Assembly (NCBI GenBank): GCA_951406725.2
Contig: OX597814.1
Span: 140,058,001-140,122,000, forward strand
Length of the DNA: 64,000 nucleotides
Direction: 5' to 3'
Origin: Octopus vulgaris
Taxonomy: Eukaryota
Every line of letters starts with the position of its first letter. The first letter of the stretch is position 1. The translations under genes were made by a program, and so were the position numbers. The notes beneath the pieces were generated by a model. The model worked only from the letters and a program-made list of their open reading frames with translations. It was not told the DNA's origin and did not search any database. Of this stretch, positions 25,821 to 40,434 are shown piece after piece.

Positions 25821-27434
25821 GATTACATTTGGGCACACTTTTGTGGATATTATCTAAAATGTCATTAAATAATTGGACATTTGTAGGATAGCCTCTTCTG
25901 CTAGCACTGAGTGACTAATGAATTATTTGTAAAACAAGTGAAATGTTTGTGAAGGCAAAACAATGTAGTTAAAATAGCAGAAAAAAACATTTATAGTATT
26001 TAATTTGATTAGGGGTTTTGGGGAAGGTTTTTGCCAAGTAATTTTACACCAAGTATAAAAGAAATGTGTGTGATTAATTTCAGAACTTTGTATGATGGTG
26101 GTTTATTTTCTGGTGTTTAACTGAACTTTGCTATCGTAAAAGCAAAAACATATTCATAGAAGTCAAGAAATTAATGTTGAGGGAATTTAAAACAAGAAAA
26201 ATGTGTCAATGAGTGATATGTTACATTCTTGTGTATGTTTTCATTTTGAGGAATAATTCTGAATATATTAGTAGAGCCAAATGTTATGATTTAGTAGAAT
26301 TATTTGTGAATCTGTTGGGAACTGTTGGGAATTATGTATGTACATATTTCATCATCTGATCAATACTTAATTTCTGTACTAAGAAAATTTTGGTGGAAAT
26401 CAAGGCATATACTTTCTCTGTTGTCTTCCCAGACTTTTTCTCATCTAGACCTCACTTGATGAATAAAATCTTCTGAATCCCTTGGTGGTATCTACACAGC
26501 TTCTGATTATAGCTGAATAGACAAGTATATTTATGAATTGTTGCTACATTTGTATGTGCTGGTTTCAGACTTCTTTCAACAACTCTTCCACTTATGAAAC
26601 TAAAGAAGAATCAGTTTATTTGACATATTTCACATGTTCATTATCACATTTATTGTTTCTTTTATTCATTATTATTTAAAACTTGCATTTCCACTTCAAT
26701 TCTCCTATATCACACACAACTAAGATGGTTTTGTTTTTTGAAGCCAGTCGTTAAGGCCATCAAGTATTTTCCCTCTTTGTCCTTCTTTTCAGTCTCCTTA
26801 TTGTGACTAAGTGCTCAAAATCTTTCTTTTTTCTCATATAACATCCAATGAGCTGAACCTGTTCACCTTATAATGTTGGGAAACCTTCTGGTGGGTTTTG
26901 CCCAACTGAGGACCTTGATGTTCATTCTATCTTCAGGTTTTATGCAATACATGCAACTTTAATTCTATTTTCACAATCATTAATGTGAAACTTGCATTTT
27001 ACATAGCTTTTATTATTATCAAGGAGAAAAAAAATTATCTAAATTACCTCCATTGAATTCAGTTCTTAGATAGAATTAATTTAATTTCATCCTTGCCATT
27101 AGTTTGAAATTAGTAAAATATATATCTTGCAAATAAGATTTGACATTATAAAACAAACTAAGGCAGAAGAAAAGGGCAAACCTACTATGTAAGCTCAAAC
27201 TACATGTCTTGACAATTACTGTACAGAGCATATACCATTTTCTTTTTACAAATTACCTGCTATAAATGACTTTTTCTCGTTATTTTAACTGTATTTATCT
27301 CTACAAGCATTTCACTGGTTTCACTAATAATTCATCAGCCACTCAGTGCTAACCAGAGCAGCTATCTTACTAATATCCAAATATCTTGATAGCATCTAAG
27401 ATGATATCTACAAATTATCCCCAAAATGTAATTC
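25821..27434. repeat. Old ~190-bp inverted repeat pair (25821-26007 / 27249-27434), possibly termini of a decayed DNA transposon
   Basis: For example TAGCACTGAGTGACTAATGAATTATT vs AATAATTCATCAGCCACTCAGTGCTA; roughly 70% identity by eye. Confidence 0.7.
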
Positions 27435-30400
27435 CTATCCTAATGAGTTTTCAACATATATCTCTCTTTTGAACATGGAGTACCTTAGTGGGCAGTTTAT
27501 ACAAGGGAAATAATCATTTCTTCATATTATGTAGCAGGATTAGAAGTTTGAATTAAGGAATAAAGAAGAAGATGCATAGAATGTACATATTTATTTATTT
27601 GTTTGTTTATTTTGCCTACTTATGGACGTCTTCAAATATCTTTGAAATTTGCTTGTCAGAAGCAAAAGCACACACTTAGGGCTTCATTTAAATTTCCTCT
27701 GGTTTCATTCCAACTGAGCCAACAGCACAACTTTCTCCATGGTCATTTGACCTACAAGAAATCCCAGCCAAATATCCCTCAAATCATATGTTTCCACTTT
27801 GAAATAGGATGGCCAGATTGGATAATGTACTTCTGCATATGCTATACCTTGACAGAATAGACATGGCTCAAACAGAGCTGTTTGCTTTAAGATGAACTTA
27901 GGTTAACAAAAACAACAGCAATCCACTTTAAACACAGTAACCATGAAACTACATGGTACACTTGAAGAAAGTAGAGCCTTCTGACTTATTTAGCTTCCAC
28001 TCCATCATTCTTATTGCTGATATTTCTAAGTTGAAGGGTTCAAAAGTTTTTAACTATCTCGTGTAGTAGCTTAAACTTTGCTTTTGTGTTTGGAGTGTAG
28101 TTGATAGGTTCACTTTGCAATCACATGGTTTTGGGCCTAGTTTTTCTATGCAGCACCTTGAGTAAGTGTCTTTTGCTATAGCCATGGGTTTACCACTGCC
28201 TTGTGAGGCTCTGGACACAGTCCCACTGCATGGCACCTTGGGCAAGTGTCTTGTGCCAACCAAAGGCTTGTGAGTGGATTTGGTAGACAGAACTGAAAAA
28301 AGCCCATCGTATATATATATATGTGTGTGTGTGTGTGTATGTGCATGTTTGTGTGTCTGTGTTCGTCGTCCCCCTCCATCATCGTTTGACAACCGATGTA
28401 GGTCTGTCTATGTTCCCATAACTTAGCAGTTTGGCAAAAGAGACCTATAGAATAAGTACTAGGCTTACAAAGAATAAGTCTTGGGGCCAATTTGTTCAAC
28501 TAAAGGTGATGCTCCAGCATGGCCACAATCAAATGACTGAAACAGATAAAAGAATAAACAAACACATGCATCAATATAATCATTTAACATCTGTTTTCCA
28601 TGCTACTACAGTTTACACACACACACACACACACACTTGGATTGGTGGGTAGATATGTTTATGTGTATGTCCTTGCAATTGTGTTTGTACCCACACATTG
28701 ACACTTGACAACACTGGTGTTAGCTTGTTTACATTTCCATACATTGCAGTTCAGCGAAAGAGACCGATAGAATATGTATCAGAAAGTACTGAGGTCAATT
28801 TTTTTTACTAAAACCCTTCAAGGTAGTGCTCCAGTATGGCTGCAGTCCAATGAGTGAAACAAGTAAAAGAGAAAAGCTGCCTTTGAAAGTGTAGAACTTG
28901 CATATAAATTTTGTTGACAGGAAGTGTTAACCAACAAACATCACCATTTATAGCAACATCTTTCCATAATAATAGAAGATGTAAAAACTTTTCAAATTAA
29001 ATCACCAAATATGGAATGTGCATTTGTGACTTGAAGGGAGAGAGTGAGGAAAGACTGAGTTAGTGGAATTTTCTGCAAATAATTGGACATGTAATAAATG
29101 AAAAGAAAATGACACCAAAATAAAACAAAATATTATGGCACAGTATATATAAAAAATAATAAAGCATATGCTCATGTGATTAAATTTCTTTTATTATATT
29201 GTTATATTCATTTTTTGCCACATAATTTAGTTTGTTTGAGTCATTCATATTATTATTATGATACCAGCTGAGTTAGCATACTGGGCAAAATGCTAAACCG
29301 TATTTCAGCTGTCACTATGTTCTGAGTTCAAATTCCCCTGAGGTCAACTTTGCCTTTCATCCGTTCGGGATTGATAAATTAAGTACCAGTTGACTACTGG
29401 GATCATTGTAATTGATTCTCCTTCCCCCACCAAATTTCAGGCCTTGTGCCTATAATAGAAAGGATTATTATACCGGTTGAGGTAGGTGTTGGACTGTCTT
29501 TATACCTGTTTTACTCACCACTGTCGAATGTATGTCAGCAGTTTCTAATGGTTGTGGTGTTAGCTACTACCAAATACATGTATGTAAAGGGTATTCAAAA
29601 TAGAACAAATTTCAATTGATGCACTTCAGCCTCCCTCATATCACCTACCTACTCACCCACCTCTCTCTTCTCCCTCCCTCTCTCTCACTTTCTCTCCTCT
29701 CTTCCTCTATTCTCTCCCCCCTCTCTCTCTCTCTGGATATATATGTGAATGTGTGTAAAGAAAATGGTAACATGTTTAGTTCCATTATCAAAATCATTAG
29801 TACTTTAATCTTTTATTTTTCACTCATTGGATTGTACCTATGCTGGGGCACCACTTAAAAAGGTTTAATTGAACAAATCAACCCCTGTTGATACTTATTT
29901 TACTGACCGATTTTGTCAAACTGCTAAGTTGCAGACATAAACAAACCAACACTGGTTATCAAGTGATGGTAGGGACAAACAGACACACACACACACGCAT
30001 ATACATGCACAACAGGCTTTCACACAGTTTCCATCTACCAAATTCACTCACAAGGCAGTGGTTGAATTGGAGCTATAATAAAAGAGACTTGCCCAAGGTG
30101 CCATGCAAAGGGACTGAACCCAAAACCACGTGGTTGCACACCAAGCTTCTTAACCATGCAATCGTGCCAGTGTATATTTAGCATTTTTGTTTGTGTAAGT
30201 TTATTCTTCACAAATCAATGTTAAATGATTGACTTAAATGATGCCATTGCTAAGCTACAATCTGCAGACAAAATTAGCTAATAAAATGTTATTATATAGT
30301 TAATTGATCATTTTGGTGCCAAATAACCTATAATCACCATTCACTTTTGTTTGAACAGTTTTGTTCTTTATTTTTTTTATAAAGATACAAAAGTCAGTAG

Positions 30401-33250
30401 TAACAATTTTTTTTTTTTGTAGTTGTTTTGTCTAACAAGAACTGAATGTGTGAGCATGTGTGTGTAATGTATGCATAATATAAATACATATATACACACA
30501 TGTATATATATATATATATGTGTATATGTGTATACATACATAATATATATCTATATATAGATGCAAACCTGTATGTGTGTGTGTGTGTGTGCATATGATA
30601 TATATGTGTCAGTATATTTGCATATTTATATATATATATAATTATAGTCTAACCATGCCACTATGGAATATAGACATTAAATGATGACGATGATGATGTA
30701 TGAGTGTGTGAAAGAGAGAGAGAGAGAGAGAGTAATTTTATTGATGAAATAAATATTAAGTGACATTTGATTGTCCCTGACCTTGTGCAGCAAAGTACAG
30801 CAACTAAAACGTGACACAAATTTAGCATTAAAATCTTAAATGATTTTAAATTCAATTTGAATACATTTTGTGGCAAAAATCTATTATTTGCATTCTGAAA
30901 AATTATATTGATGGGTATTTAAAGAGACAATAATTTGTGTCCAAATTTACACAAGGAAAATGTGAAAAATTGCATTGCGAAAAGAGAGAGTTTGAAGTTA
31001 CATTAAAAGATTAAATGAAATAACTAAAACACAAATTTCCTGCTGATGCTTGGAAAGTTATATTTTATAATCAGCAACCCAGAGTATAAGTAGATATGAG
31101 TCAAATTCATGCTATCATTCTTTATGTTATGAGAGAAAAATCTAATTAATAAGTGATACTTATGCAGTGAAGAAAGAAAATCAATTAGCTTGGAGATTAA
31201 TATTATTTTAATCTAAAGATATTTTAATCCAGATAAGTAGATAAACTAAATGCTTTGCATTATTTCATCTCATCTATCATTATCATGAATCCAAATCTTG
31301 TCTTTCAACATTTCAAACTAGATAAAATAAGTACCAGTTATATATTGGAAAATCATTATTGTTATCACCATTCGATGTCTCATTTTCCATATTGGCATGG
31401 GTTAGCTAGTTTGACAGGTGCTGGCAAGCCAGAGGACTGCACCAATATACTGAATCTACTGGATGTTTTCTATGTGGCACCAGCACCAGTGAGGTCACCT
31501 ATTAACTTGCATAACAAAAGACCTCTCAGCTGAGCCGGTGCGGAGTAATAAGGGGTGTGGTTTTATGCTAGGTGATGATGATAAGTTAAACTATAATAGA
31601 GGCACAAGAACAGTGTCTTATTGAAGAGAGAACACATGGTTACATTAGTTGGTAAAGAGACAGGGAAAGAAAGAAAGAGAGAAAGAAAGAAGATGGTGAT
31701 GATGTGTTAGCAGGGCATACTCTATAGTTACAAGGAGGTAATGAATGAAAACAGAGAAAAAAGACAACACAAGAGATGAGTTTTAATAAATATTGTTTTA
31801 GTTTAACATAAAAGAAGGAAGGGGAAAAAGTTTTAATGTTTTAGATATTATTAGTCCTTCATCAGAGGAAAAGCATAGAGGCGAGAAAGAGGTGGGGAAA
31901 AGTTGACAAGAAAAAAAAATCAAACAAGGGGTTAGGAGCCTAGTGGGAATGTGGTTCTTGGTAGATGGAGAATTAGAAAGGGAGGAGAGAGTGGGGTGTG
32001 CAATTTTTTTTTTCCCTTTCTCTGTTTCTTGAGTCTTTCCAGGAAGAAAATCCCTCAGATAGTTCTTACTACTAACATCTAACAGCTAATCTTGTGGTTT
32101 TTCTTTCCATATTCTCGATGGGGAACAGCTTCAGTATGGCTCTGTGGTCCTGGTTACCACAGCCCTCACCACCAGCCCATACTTTACCCCAAAGGTGGCA
32201 ACAAACCAAAGCTTAACATCATAGTCAATATCTTTGACTGTGGCTCTTATGTTTTGTTAGGCCAAGTTTTGCAGCACCAGTACTGCAGGTGTGTGGTACA
32301 CCTACTTAACCTGCTTCTTTACTCCATCTTCAATCTTAAGAAACAGTCATACAGGTTACCTGCAATTGTGATCTCAAGAGCTTGAGGAAACTTGCTCCAC
32401 CTTTGACCATACAGATAGAAGTTACTTTTCTCCTTTCTCACTTTTTAATGAAACGTTCTGGCAAAGAGTTGCTATTTTGCTTCTTTTTTTTTCTGATTAC
32501 AAAACTATCAAATGAAATATTTTTCTTGGCTAGGTTGCTCATGTTCAAAATCGAAATGTCACTAGCTGCATGAGCAAAGATAAAATTATTGTTGCCATTT
32601 ATTTTTTTTTTTATAAGATGCGTGTGTGTGTGTGCATTGTTATTGCTGTTTTTGTTTATATCATGGGAACTTGTGTTTCTGGATGTTAAATTGTAATCAC
32701 CTGTATTTGAGAATATTGGTGTAAAAAATTATAATCTCCTTGAAGGAACATCATATGATGATTGTAAAAGAGTGTAACTGTCATACAAGGGATATCCTTC
32801 ACTTCCTATCACCATAGAGAAATATTGGTTTCAAATTTTGGTACAAGGCCATAAATTTCAAGGAAATTGGTAAATCAGTTACACCAACCCCACTGCTCAG
32901 CTGGTACTTATTTTATTAACTCTAAAAGGAAGAAATGCAAAGTCAATTCCTCCAGAATTTGAACTCAGATCGTAGAGATGGACAAAATACTGCTAAGAAT
33001 TTTGCCTAGTGTGCTAGCAGTTCTGCCAGCTCTCCACCTTAAACCATGGGGAAATAGTATCTTGATTAGAAATAAGGAAACAAATGAAATCTATCTGACC
33101 CTTGCTAACATCAAAAAGTAGATGTTAAAAGTTGACATTGGCAGAATTTGAACTCAGAATGTGGAGACAGACAAAATGCAGGTAAGCATTTTGCCTGGCA
33201 TGCTAATGATTCAGTCAATTTGCTGTCTTAATTATAATGATAATAATGAT

Positions 33251-33430
33251 AACAAGAACACTCAGAGAGTGCAAACCTCTCAACGATTAACCAGAGATGA
33301 TTTTTAAAATGAAAATATCTGAAATAAACCCGACTGCTCTCACAAACAAGAATACTAAAATTGAACCCGACACTCTCAAAAATTAAGTAAAAAAAAAAAT
33401 GCAGGAAAAATAATTCAGATCCCTTGTCTG
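33251..33430. mobile_element. Possible non-autonomous Helitron/Helentron-type fragment
   Basis: Starts AACAAGAACACTCAGAGAGTGCAAACCTC (short hairpin GCACTC-like/GAGTGC), resembling termini I recall for such elements. Confidence 0.35.
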
Positions 33431-35284
33431 AATTATTAATAATAAAAAGTAATGAGCTTTTCTACTTTTGGCACAAGGCTGGCAATTTTGAAGGAAGGGC
33501 GATAGTCGATTACATCAATCCCAGTGTTTCACTGGTATTTAATTTTTCAACCCCAAAAGGATGAAAGGCACAGTTAACCTCAACTGAATTTGAACTCAGA
33601 ACATAATGAATGCGAAGAAATACATCTCTGTCAATTCTATCAGCTCTCTGATAATAACAGTAATAACAATAATAATATATTCTAAATACAAAAGAAAATA
33701 AGAACTGGTTGACTTTAGAAAATCGTTAAGTTGATTATTAACTTGTTTATTTAATTCAACTTCTATTAGAAAAATATGTGCTTGAAAAATATCCCAGAAG
33801 AAATCAATTTTTCAACTTTAGAAGTCATCACACTTAATGAAGTATAGATTCTTTGCTTCAAGAATCTATATATTATCTCATAAGGGAAAGTATTTCTGCA
33901 AACCAAAGAAGCCATCTTGAATGTTTTCCTTATCCCCATCATGATTATTGTTGTTGTTGTTGTTGTTATTGTCACTTCAACATCATCCTCATCTTCATCA
34001 TTTCTTCTTTTATGCATTGGAGGAGAGTGCTCTCATTTTTCAATGTAGCTTAAACAATATTTGGAGGATTCTCATGAGATATATTGACTTAAAATATCAG
34101 TAAAAGAATATCTTTGTAGTATAGAGCTTTTTATCTGCATTTATTTGTATATTTTTATTATTATTATTAGTGTTATTGTTAAATACAGAAACCAATACGT
34201 TAATTTATAAACATGATGGAAATGATTTTTAAATTCCTACAGCTTGGAGGAAACTGCTTATTTTCTGGAGGGGAATATATTAACATTTCTGTTAGTTCTT
34301 TTCTTTTTTAAAACATTATTGCATTATTTTCTAAATGGAAAGTATTATTTTTTTAAATGAAAAATATTATTTGCAATCCCAAAACATGAAGTATTCATTA
34401 TAGCAAAGATATTGTACGATGATATGGTAATTTATAATCAGTTCTTTTGATTTGTACTGAGTTGTTCATAAAATATATATTGTTTAAGAATTAATTTAAA
34501 TATCTGAATGACTTGTTATTAAGATTCAAATTTTCTGGACTACTGACCTTCTCTTTTACTTCATCATCATCATCATTATCAGCATCATCATGGTTGCTTT
34601 TATGTCTCCTTTTTCCCATGCTGGCATGAGTTGGATGAGTTTTCTTGAATCAGTATTCTATAACCTTGAATGCCTTTCCTGATACCACTCCTTGTTTTTC
34701 AAGTAAAGTATTTTATTTCACGCTTTCACACCACAGACTGCTGCTGTTTTTGTATATGAAAGACATAAATAGCACTGGAGCAGCATTAAGTCAAGACATG
34801 CAGAATTCACACACACATGCATTGCTTCTTATAGCAGAAACGGCTGTCAGCTAATGAAAGTGATTATGTAATTCCTGATCTTTTGTCAATCATTAATTGA
34901 TTTCATACTCTGTACTCACCTGATCTTGACTCTAAAGCATAAGTATATCAGTTCTAACTGGTTATTAGTATTGTTATGCCTAAACAAAATTATAAAGTGT
35001 GTGTGTATATATAATATATATAGTGGTATGGTATGTATAATATATATAGTGTAGTCAATGCTAGTACCACCTTACTGGCCCTCATGCTGGTGGTACGTAA
35101 AAAGCACCCACTACATTCTTGAAGTGGTTGGCATTAGGAAGGGCATCCAGCTGCAGAAACCTTGCCAGTTCAGATTGGAGCCTGGTACAGCCTTTTGGCT
35201 TGCCAGTACTTAGTCAAACTGTCCAACTCATGCCAACATGGAAAGCAGATGTTAAATGATGATGATAGATATATATATCAAAAA

Positions 35285-35514
35285 GGCGGTGAGCTGGCAG
35301 AACCATTAGTATGCCGGACGAAATACGTAGCCATATTTTGTCTGCCATTACGTTCTGAGTTCAAATTCCGCCGAGGTCGACTTTGCTTTTCATCCTTTTG
35401 GGGTCGATAAATTAAGTACCAGTTATGCACTGGGGTTGATGTAATCGACCTAATCCACTTGTCTGTCCTTGTTTGTCCCATCTGTGTTTAGCCCCTTGTG
35501 GGTAATAAAGAAAC

Positions 35515-35515
<1 letters not shown>
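35285..35515 (+). mobile_element. SINE family A, near full-length young copy
   Basis: GGCGGTGAGCTGGCAGAA...GAGTTCAAATTCCGCCGAGGTCGAC...GGTAATAAAGAAA; CpG-rich. Confidence 0.9.
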
Positions 35516-35562
<47 letters not shown>

Positions 35563-36452
35563 CTTTAAGATTCTGCACAGTTTCCATTTATCAATTTCAC
35601 TTATAAGGTCACAAGCCATTGGTCAGTCTAAGGCTATAGAAGAAGAAACTTATCCAATGGAGTGGGATTGAACATGAAACTATGTGGATGTGGAGCAAAC
35701 TTCTTAACCATAGGTTGAACAGGTTGTCATAATCTGAGCCATTTCTTAATCATGTGACTGCAAAACTAACTTAAGTGCACAGTCATGACTGTACCTTAGT
35801 ACAGAGTATACATTTAAAATATTTATATCAAATCTTTGCTTTGATTGGTTAGATTTCCATAAATGCCTTATTCATTGGTATGTATATAGTTATTTTCATT
35901 TCTCATTATTTCTGTCAAATTCTCTTGTGTGTGCGTGTGTGTGTGTGCATGTGTGTGCATGCGTGTGTGTGTGCATGTGTGTGTATGTATGTATATATAT
36001 ATGTGTGTGTGTATATCTTAAATTATTAGTTTTAGTTTCCAATAGTTTAAAAAAAATTTTCTCCAATTCATGCATATTTGCATGTTATCATGAAATGATA
36101 TTAGTTAAAAGATCAATCAATCATTTAAAAAAGGCCGTTTAAATGTCATATGGTAATGACTGTCATTTAACTAGTGATTTGTACATGATACTATGAATAT
36201 GATACTCATCCTTGTTTTAGTGTTTCTTTTTATATCTTTTTAACCCTGGTTTCTTACCTCACCTGAAAGTCTACAAGATTGTCAGATTTATAACACCACC
36301 CAAGCTAGCTTTGGAAACATTGATGAAAGGAGAAGAAGCCTTTAAATATTCTGTAAAAAAATTAAAGTAGATATGGACCACAGCTTAAGATATTTGCCTT
36401 GACTTAAGCCTTCAGTTTCTGATGAATTCATAGTGGTACCATTGTGACATAA

Positions 36453-36630
36453 CCCTTTAGCATTCAGATTAAATTGTATCATAATCTTGTACCTCTGAGA
36501 TTTTGATGATGTAACTGTATATTTTTTGAATGACGTTGTAAGGTAGGTGTGAGAGACTCAATCTAGTTCATTTGAACATAAAACAAGTAGAATATTTTGG
36601 CCTGATTTGGTCAGTTTAAATACTAAAGGG
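36453..36630. mobile_element. piggyBac-type MITE
   Basis: CCCTTTAGCATT ... AATACTAAAGGG flanked by ATAA / TTAA; inverted relative to 7619-7825. Confidence 0.7.
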
Positions 36631-38631
36631 TTAAAGTATATTTTGGGCATCTTAACCTGAAGATCATTCCTCTACAGCTCTGACAACAGTTAGTTTCTGC
36701 CGGAGAGAGGAATTATGAAGGGGAGGAGGAAGAGAAGAAGAAGAATGTCTCTAATACCGAAGTGGTACTTTATTTAATGACTGTGAAAGGATAAAAGGCA
36801 AAGCTGACCTCTGTAAAGTGATTGGTATGAGGAAGGATACTCAGTTGTTAGAACCATGCCAAAAGCAGAATGGATAGTTTAGAAGTGCAACCCATTTGGG
36901 TAGACAGTGATTTTAAATAAGCATTTACTGACAACTTCTCCAATCCATGCCATTATGGAAAGCAAAGATAAAATCATTTCATATATGTGTGTATGTATAC
37001 ATATCTATGTGTGTGTATACATACATACAAACATACATACATGGCCCCTGTGCCGGTGGCATGTAAAAAGTACCCACTACACTCACGGAGTGGTTAGCGT
37101 TAGGAAGGGCATCCAGCTGTAGAAACACTGCCAAATCAGACTGGGGCCTGGTACAGCCTCCTGGCTTCCCAGACCCCGGTCGAACCGTCCAACCCATGCT
37201 AGCAAGGAAAACGGACGTTAAATGATGATGATACATACATACATACTTATATTTGTATGTAAGAAAAAAGATGACTAAGGAATAAATGATTAGCTTCAAA
37301 CACTTATATTCATGTGTGTGTATATGTACTGGAACAACCCTGACTGTGTAGTTAAGTTCATTTTGCAACCACATGGTTGCCCTCTGTTATAGCCTTAGAC
37401 TGTCCAATGCCCTGTGAGTGAAATTGGTAGTTAAAAACTGTATGGAAGCTTGTTGTATGTTTATGTATGTGCATGGATGTTTATGTCCACAAGTATTGAT
37501 ATTACACAGCTTCTCTTGTTACCAAAAGACATTACTACCAATTGCTCTGCATTTTCAAAAACCAGTTATATAAAAAAAAAATCCCCTATTTGAAAAATTG
37601 GTAAGGGTTGACAACAGAAAGACTACTTGGCTGTAAAATGCAATCTTAAATGAGTCCCCATCTAATTCACACTAACATATAAAAGCAGATGTTAAATAGT
37701 ATAAACTCTTGGTGCCTTAAGAGTTAAGAAATTGATAGCATATTGACTCTCAACCAGATCATCCCACCAACCAAAAATATGGTGCCATTGTTTTTATAAT
37801 TTTTGATTGATTGACCAATTAAGTGTCCAAGTCTTTTTTTCAGTAATTACTAAGTAAATATGAAATTGCATTATTTCTTTGAAATTTTACTTTTTCGAAA
37901 ATATATTTGGAATCTAAAATATATATGGGTGAGTCAACTCAATGTGTCAGATGGTGAGTGAGCTACAAATTATATGGAAGAGACAACTTCTTTCATTACT
38001 GATGGTTGTAATAGTTATTATCATCATCATCATTCAAGATCTGTTTTCCATACTGGTATGGGTTAGGTAGTTTGACAGGATCAAGCAAGCTGCAGGACTG
38101 CATTGAGCTCCAGTGTCAGTATTGGTATGATTTTCTACAGCTGGATACCCTTCCTAATGCCAACCACTTTACAGTGTGTATTGTATGCTTTTCTTGTGCA
38201 CTAGCACTAAAGGAGTTACTAAGTAATATGCAAGACAAGAAAAGAGCAGAAAAAGGGAAAGAAAAGACCCTCAGCTAACTGGGGTGGATATTACTGGAAA
38301 ACAAAAAAAGATTTATTGTCTGCTACCCAAACAGATGGTGCTTTATTAAACTAAATTGAGTATGCTGATTCCCAATTTGAACTCAAAATTGCTATAGCAC
38401 ATCAGGATTTTGAGTTATGCACATAATTATATTTCAATACTATATTAGTATCAGGAATAGTTAAGTTCATGTTATTTTATAGTGAGGAATTGACCACTAC
38501 CCAAATTTGAAATACTTTCATCCACAAAAGCATGATTGTTTCTGGAAAACATGAATCCTTATAATAAGACCCATGTAAAAATATACTGCTTAGTCATTAG
38601 ATGTTTGTGGAATTTTCTGTTTGCAAATTTT

Positions 38632-38681
<50 letters not shown>

Positions 38682-39964
38682 CCTCTCCCCTCTCTCTCCC
38701 TCTCTCTCTCCCCTCTCCCTCCCTCTCCCTCTCTCCCTCTCTCTACATATGCATCTAAATACATGTGTGTATGTGTGTGTCATGCCTACAGACTTTGGCA
38801 ATCATGGACCTAATGCCAAAGTCTATAGATTTATGACTTTTTCGTGGATAAGATGCAGTAGTGGTTTCCTGTCATCTTCTGGTTTATTTGGATTTTACTT
38901 TGCTAGTTTCTGTTTTTTTTTTCCAAGCTTGCCATTGATGCAAAGAATCTATCTAACTCTTGGTAAAGAGATTGGTTCATGTGACATAAGGGCATGTCTA
39001 CTTTCTGGTAGGTCTGTGTGACACTTGTTTAGGGATCAGCCTTCCTCTGAGTTTTTGCATGTCTTGGCCAAAGGGCCACCTTCTGATGTTTGACTCATAA
39101 TTAAAGCCCTTAACATTTCCTACCACCTAGTCCAGAGTGGCCCTGAGGGTAGTGATGACTAAAGAGTAACTCCGTACTCCCTAAAATTGCTGCAAGCATT
39201 GACATACAGTTTTTAAAACTGAATTGCAAGTACATCAATCTGCCCAATATCAGATGTTATGGCTACATTTTGTTGTACCCAACCCCACCAAAAAATTTTT
39301 TTAACTAAAAATTACATCATTTTATAGAGAGAATGTAAACTGCCTGGTTATTAATCCTCAAAAGAATGAAAGGAATGGAAGCCAGACGGGGAATAAGAAG
39401 ATAAGTGAAGGGATAGATGATAAACGTGAAGAGGAAGTGAAAGAGGAGTGATATCAATAGGTCATAAGATATAGTCAAGAGAGAAGGCAGTGGAAATATA
39501 CAGAAGTATTTTGCAGCAGCTATCAAATTGTAGCTTATGAGTCAAAGAAGATCCAAGTATTAGAAAGAGTTAAAACTCATAAAACTTCAGTTATTTAAAG
39601 AAGACAGGTACTTAATTCTGTATACGCACAGCTAAGTTATGCTCTCCATCAAATTCTATTCATTAAATGGTGTCTGGAGTAAATTTATGTTTTATCTCTG
39701 TAGAATTGAAAAGTAATTACAGTGTTGTTGCTATACCACAGATTTCAATAACAGAAATAGAAAGTTAGCTAGAGTTGGCACTTTACAATATGTGCCCTTC
39801 TAATAAAGTTCCTTAGAACTTTTTTTAAGAAAAATTCATTGCAAATCTATTAAATTCACAATGACATTAAATTCATCACAATAAAATCACCATGTCACAT
39901 TAAATTCATTTTAAGAAAAAAATCATTGCTTGTATCTGATTTAGACTTTAAATCAGAAATATGA

Positions 39965-40043
39965 ACCTCTAGAAGAGGTAGACCCAGGAAGACATGGGAC
40001 AAAGTGGTGAAGCATGATCTTCAGGTGTTGAGTCTTACAGAGG
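39965..40043 (+). pseudogene. RTE-clade LINE ORF C-terminal fragment
   Basis: TSRRGRPRKTWDKVVKHDLQVLSLTE matches the RTE motif RGRP.KTW...V..DL..L.L. Confidence 0.75.
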
Positions 40044-40094
40044 TCTGTCACAGCAATTAATTTGAAGATAGGATGTTTAGTTATATCTTATTTA

Positions 40095-40434
40095 TCATCA
40101 TCATCATCCAATGTTTTAAATCCAGGTTTTGTCTCCATTAACGGGGGTGGTTGGATCTACCTCAATACCATAGCAACCAAGGTAGGCAGGTTCAACCCAC
40201 CCCAACCTTTGGGCTGGCTGGTGCTTGTTCTCCTCTGCTATCGCTATCATGAGGTTTTTTTGGAGCTGGACTTTCTATAGGGAGCATGCCCTTACTTACC
40301 CCCAACCTCATTTTCTAGACATAAGTGGTCCCAAGACCAAGACCTCTACCATGATTTTTAAGAAATGTGATGGAAAACTGGCTCAGGAAGGCAGGGATGC
40401 TACTCCTTGAAACTTCTTTCATAGCCCCCTTACC
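40095..40434 (-). mobile_element. 340-bp non-autonomous retroposon with (GAT)n tail and 17-bp TSD
   Basis: Perfect TSD TAGTTATATCTTATTTA at 40078-40094 and 40435-40451; tail reads TCATCATCATCATCC on the plus strand. Confidence 0.85.

Noticed and set aside
26400-26800. Possible very old RTE remnant inside the inverted-repeat pair
   Set aside because: Only a vague motif resemblance; not supportable without BLASTX.
36657-36720. CTGAAGA followed by a hairpin (ATTCCTCT/AGAGGAAT)
   Set aside because: No GAAA, stem III or stem I, so not counted as a hammerhead.
39328-39452. Charged peptide ENVNCLVINPQKNERNGSQTGNKKISEGIDDKREEEVKEE*
   Set aside because: Explained by a purine-rich tract; no supporting upstream exons.
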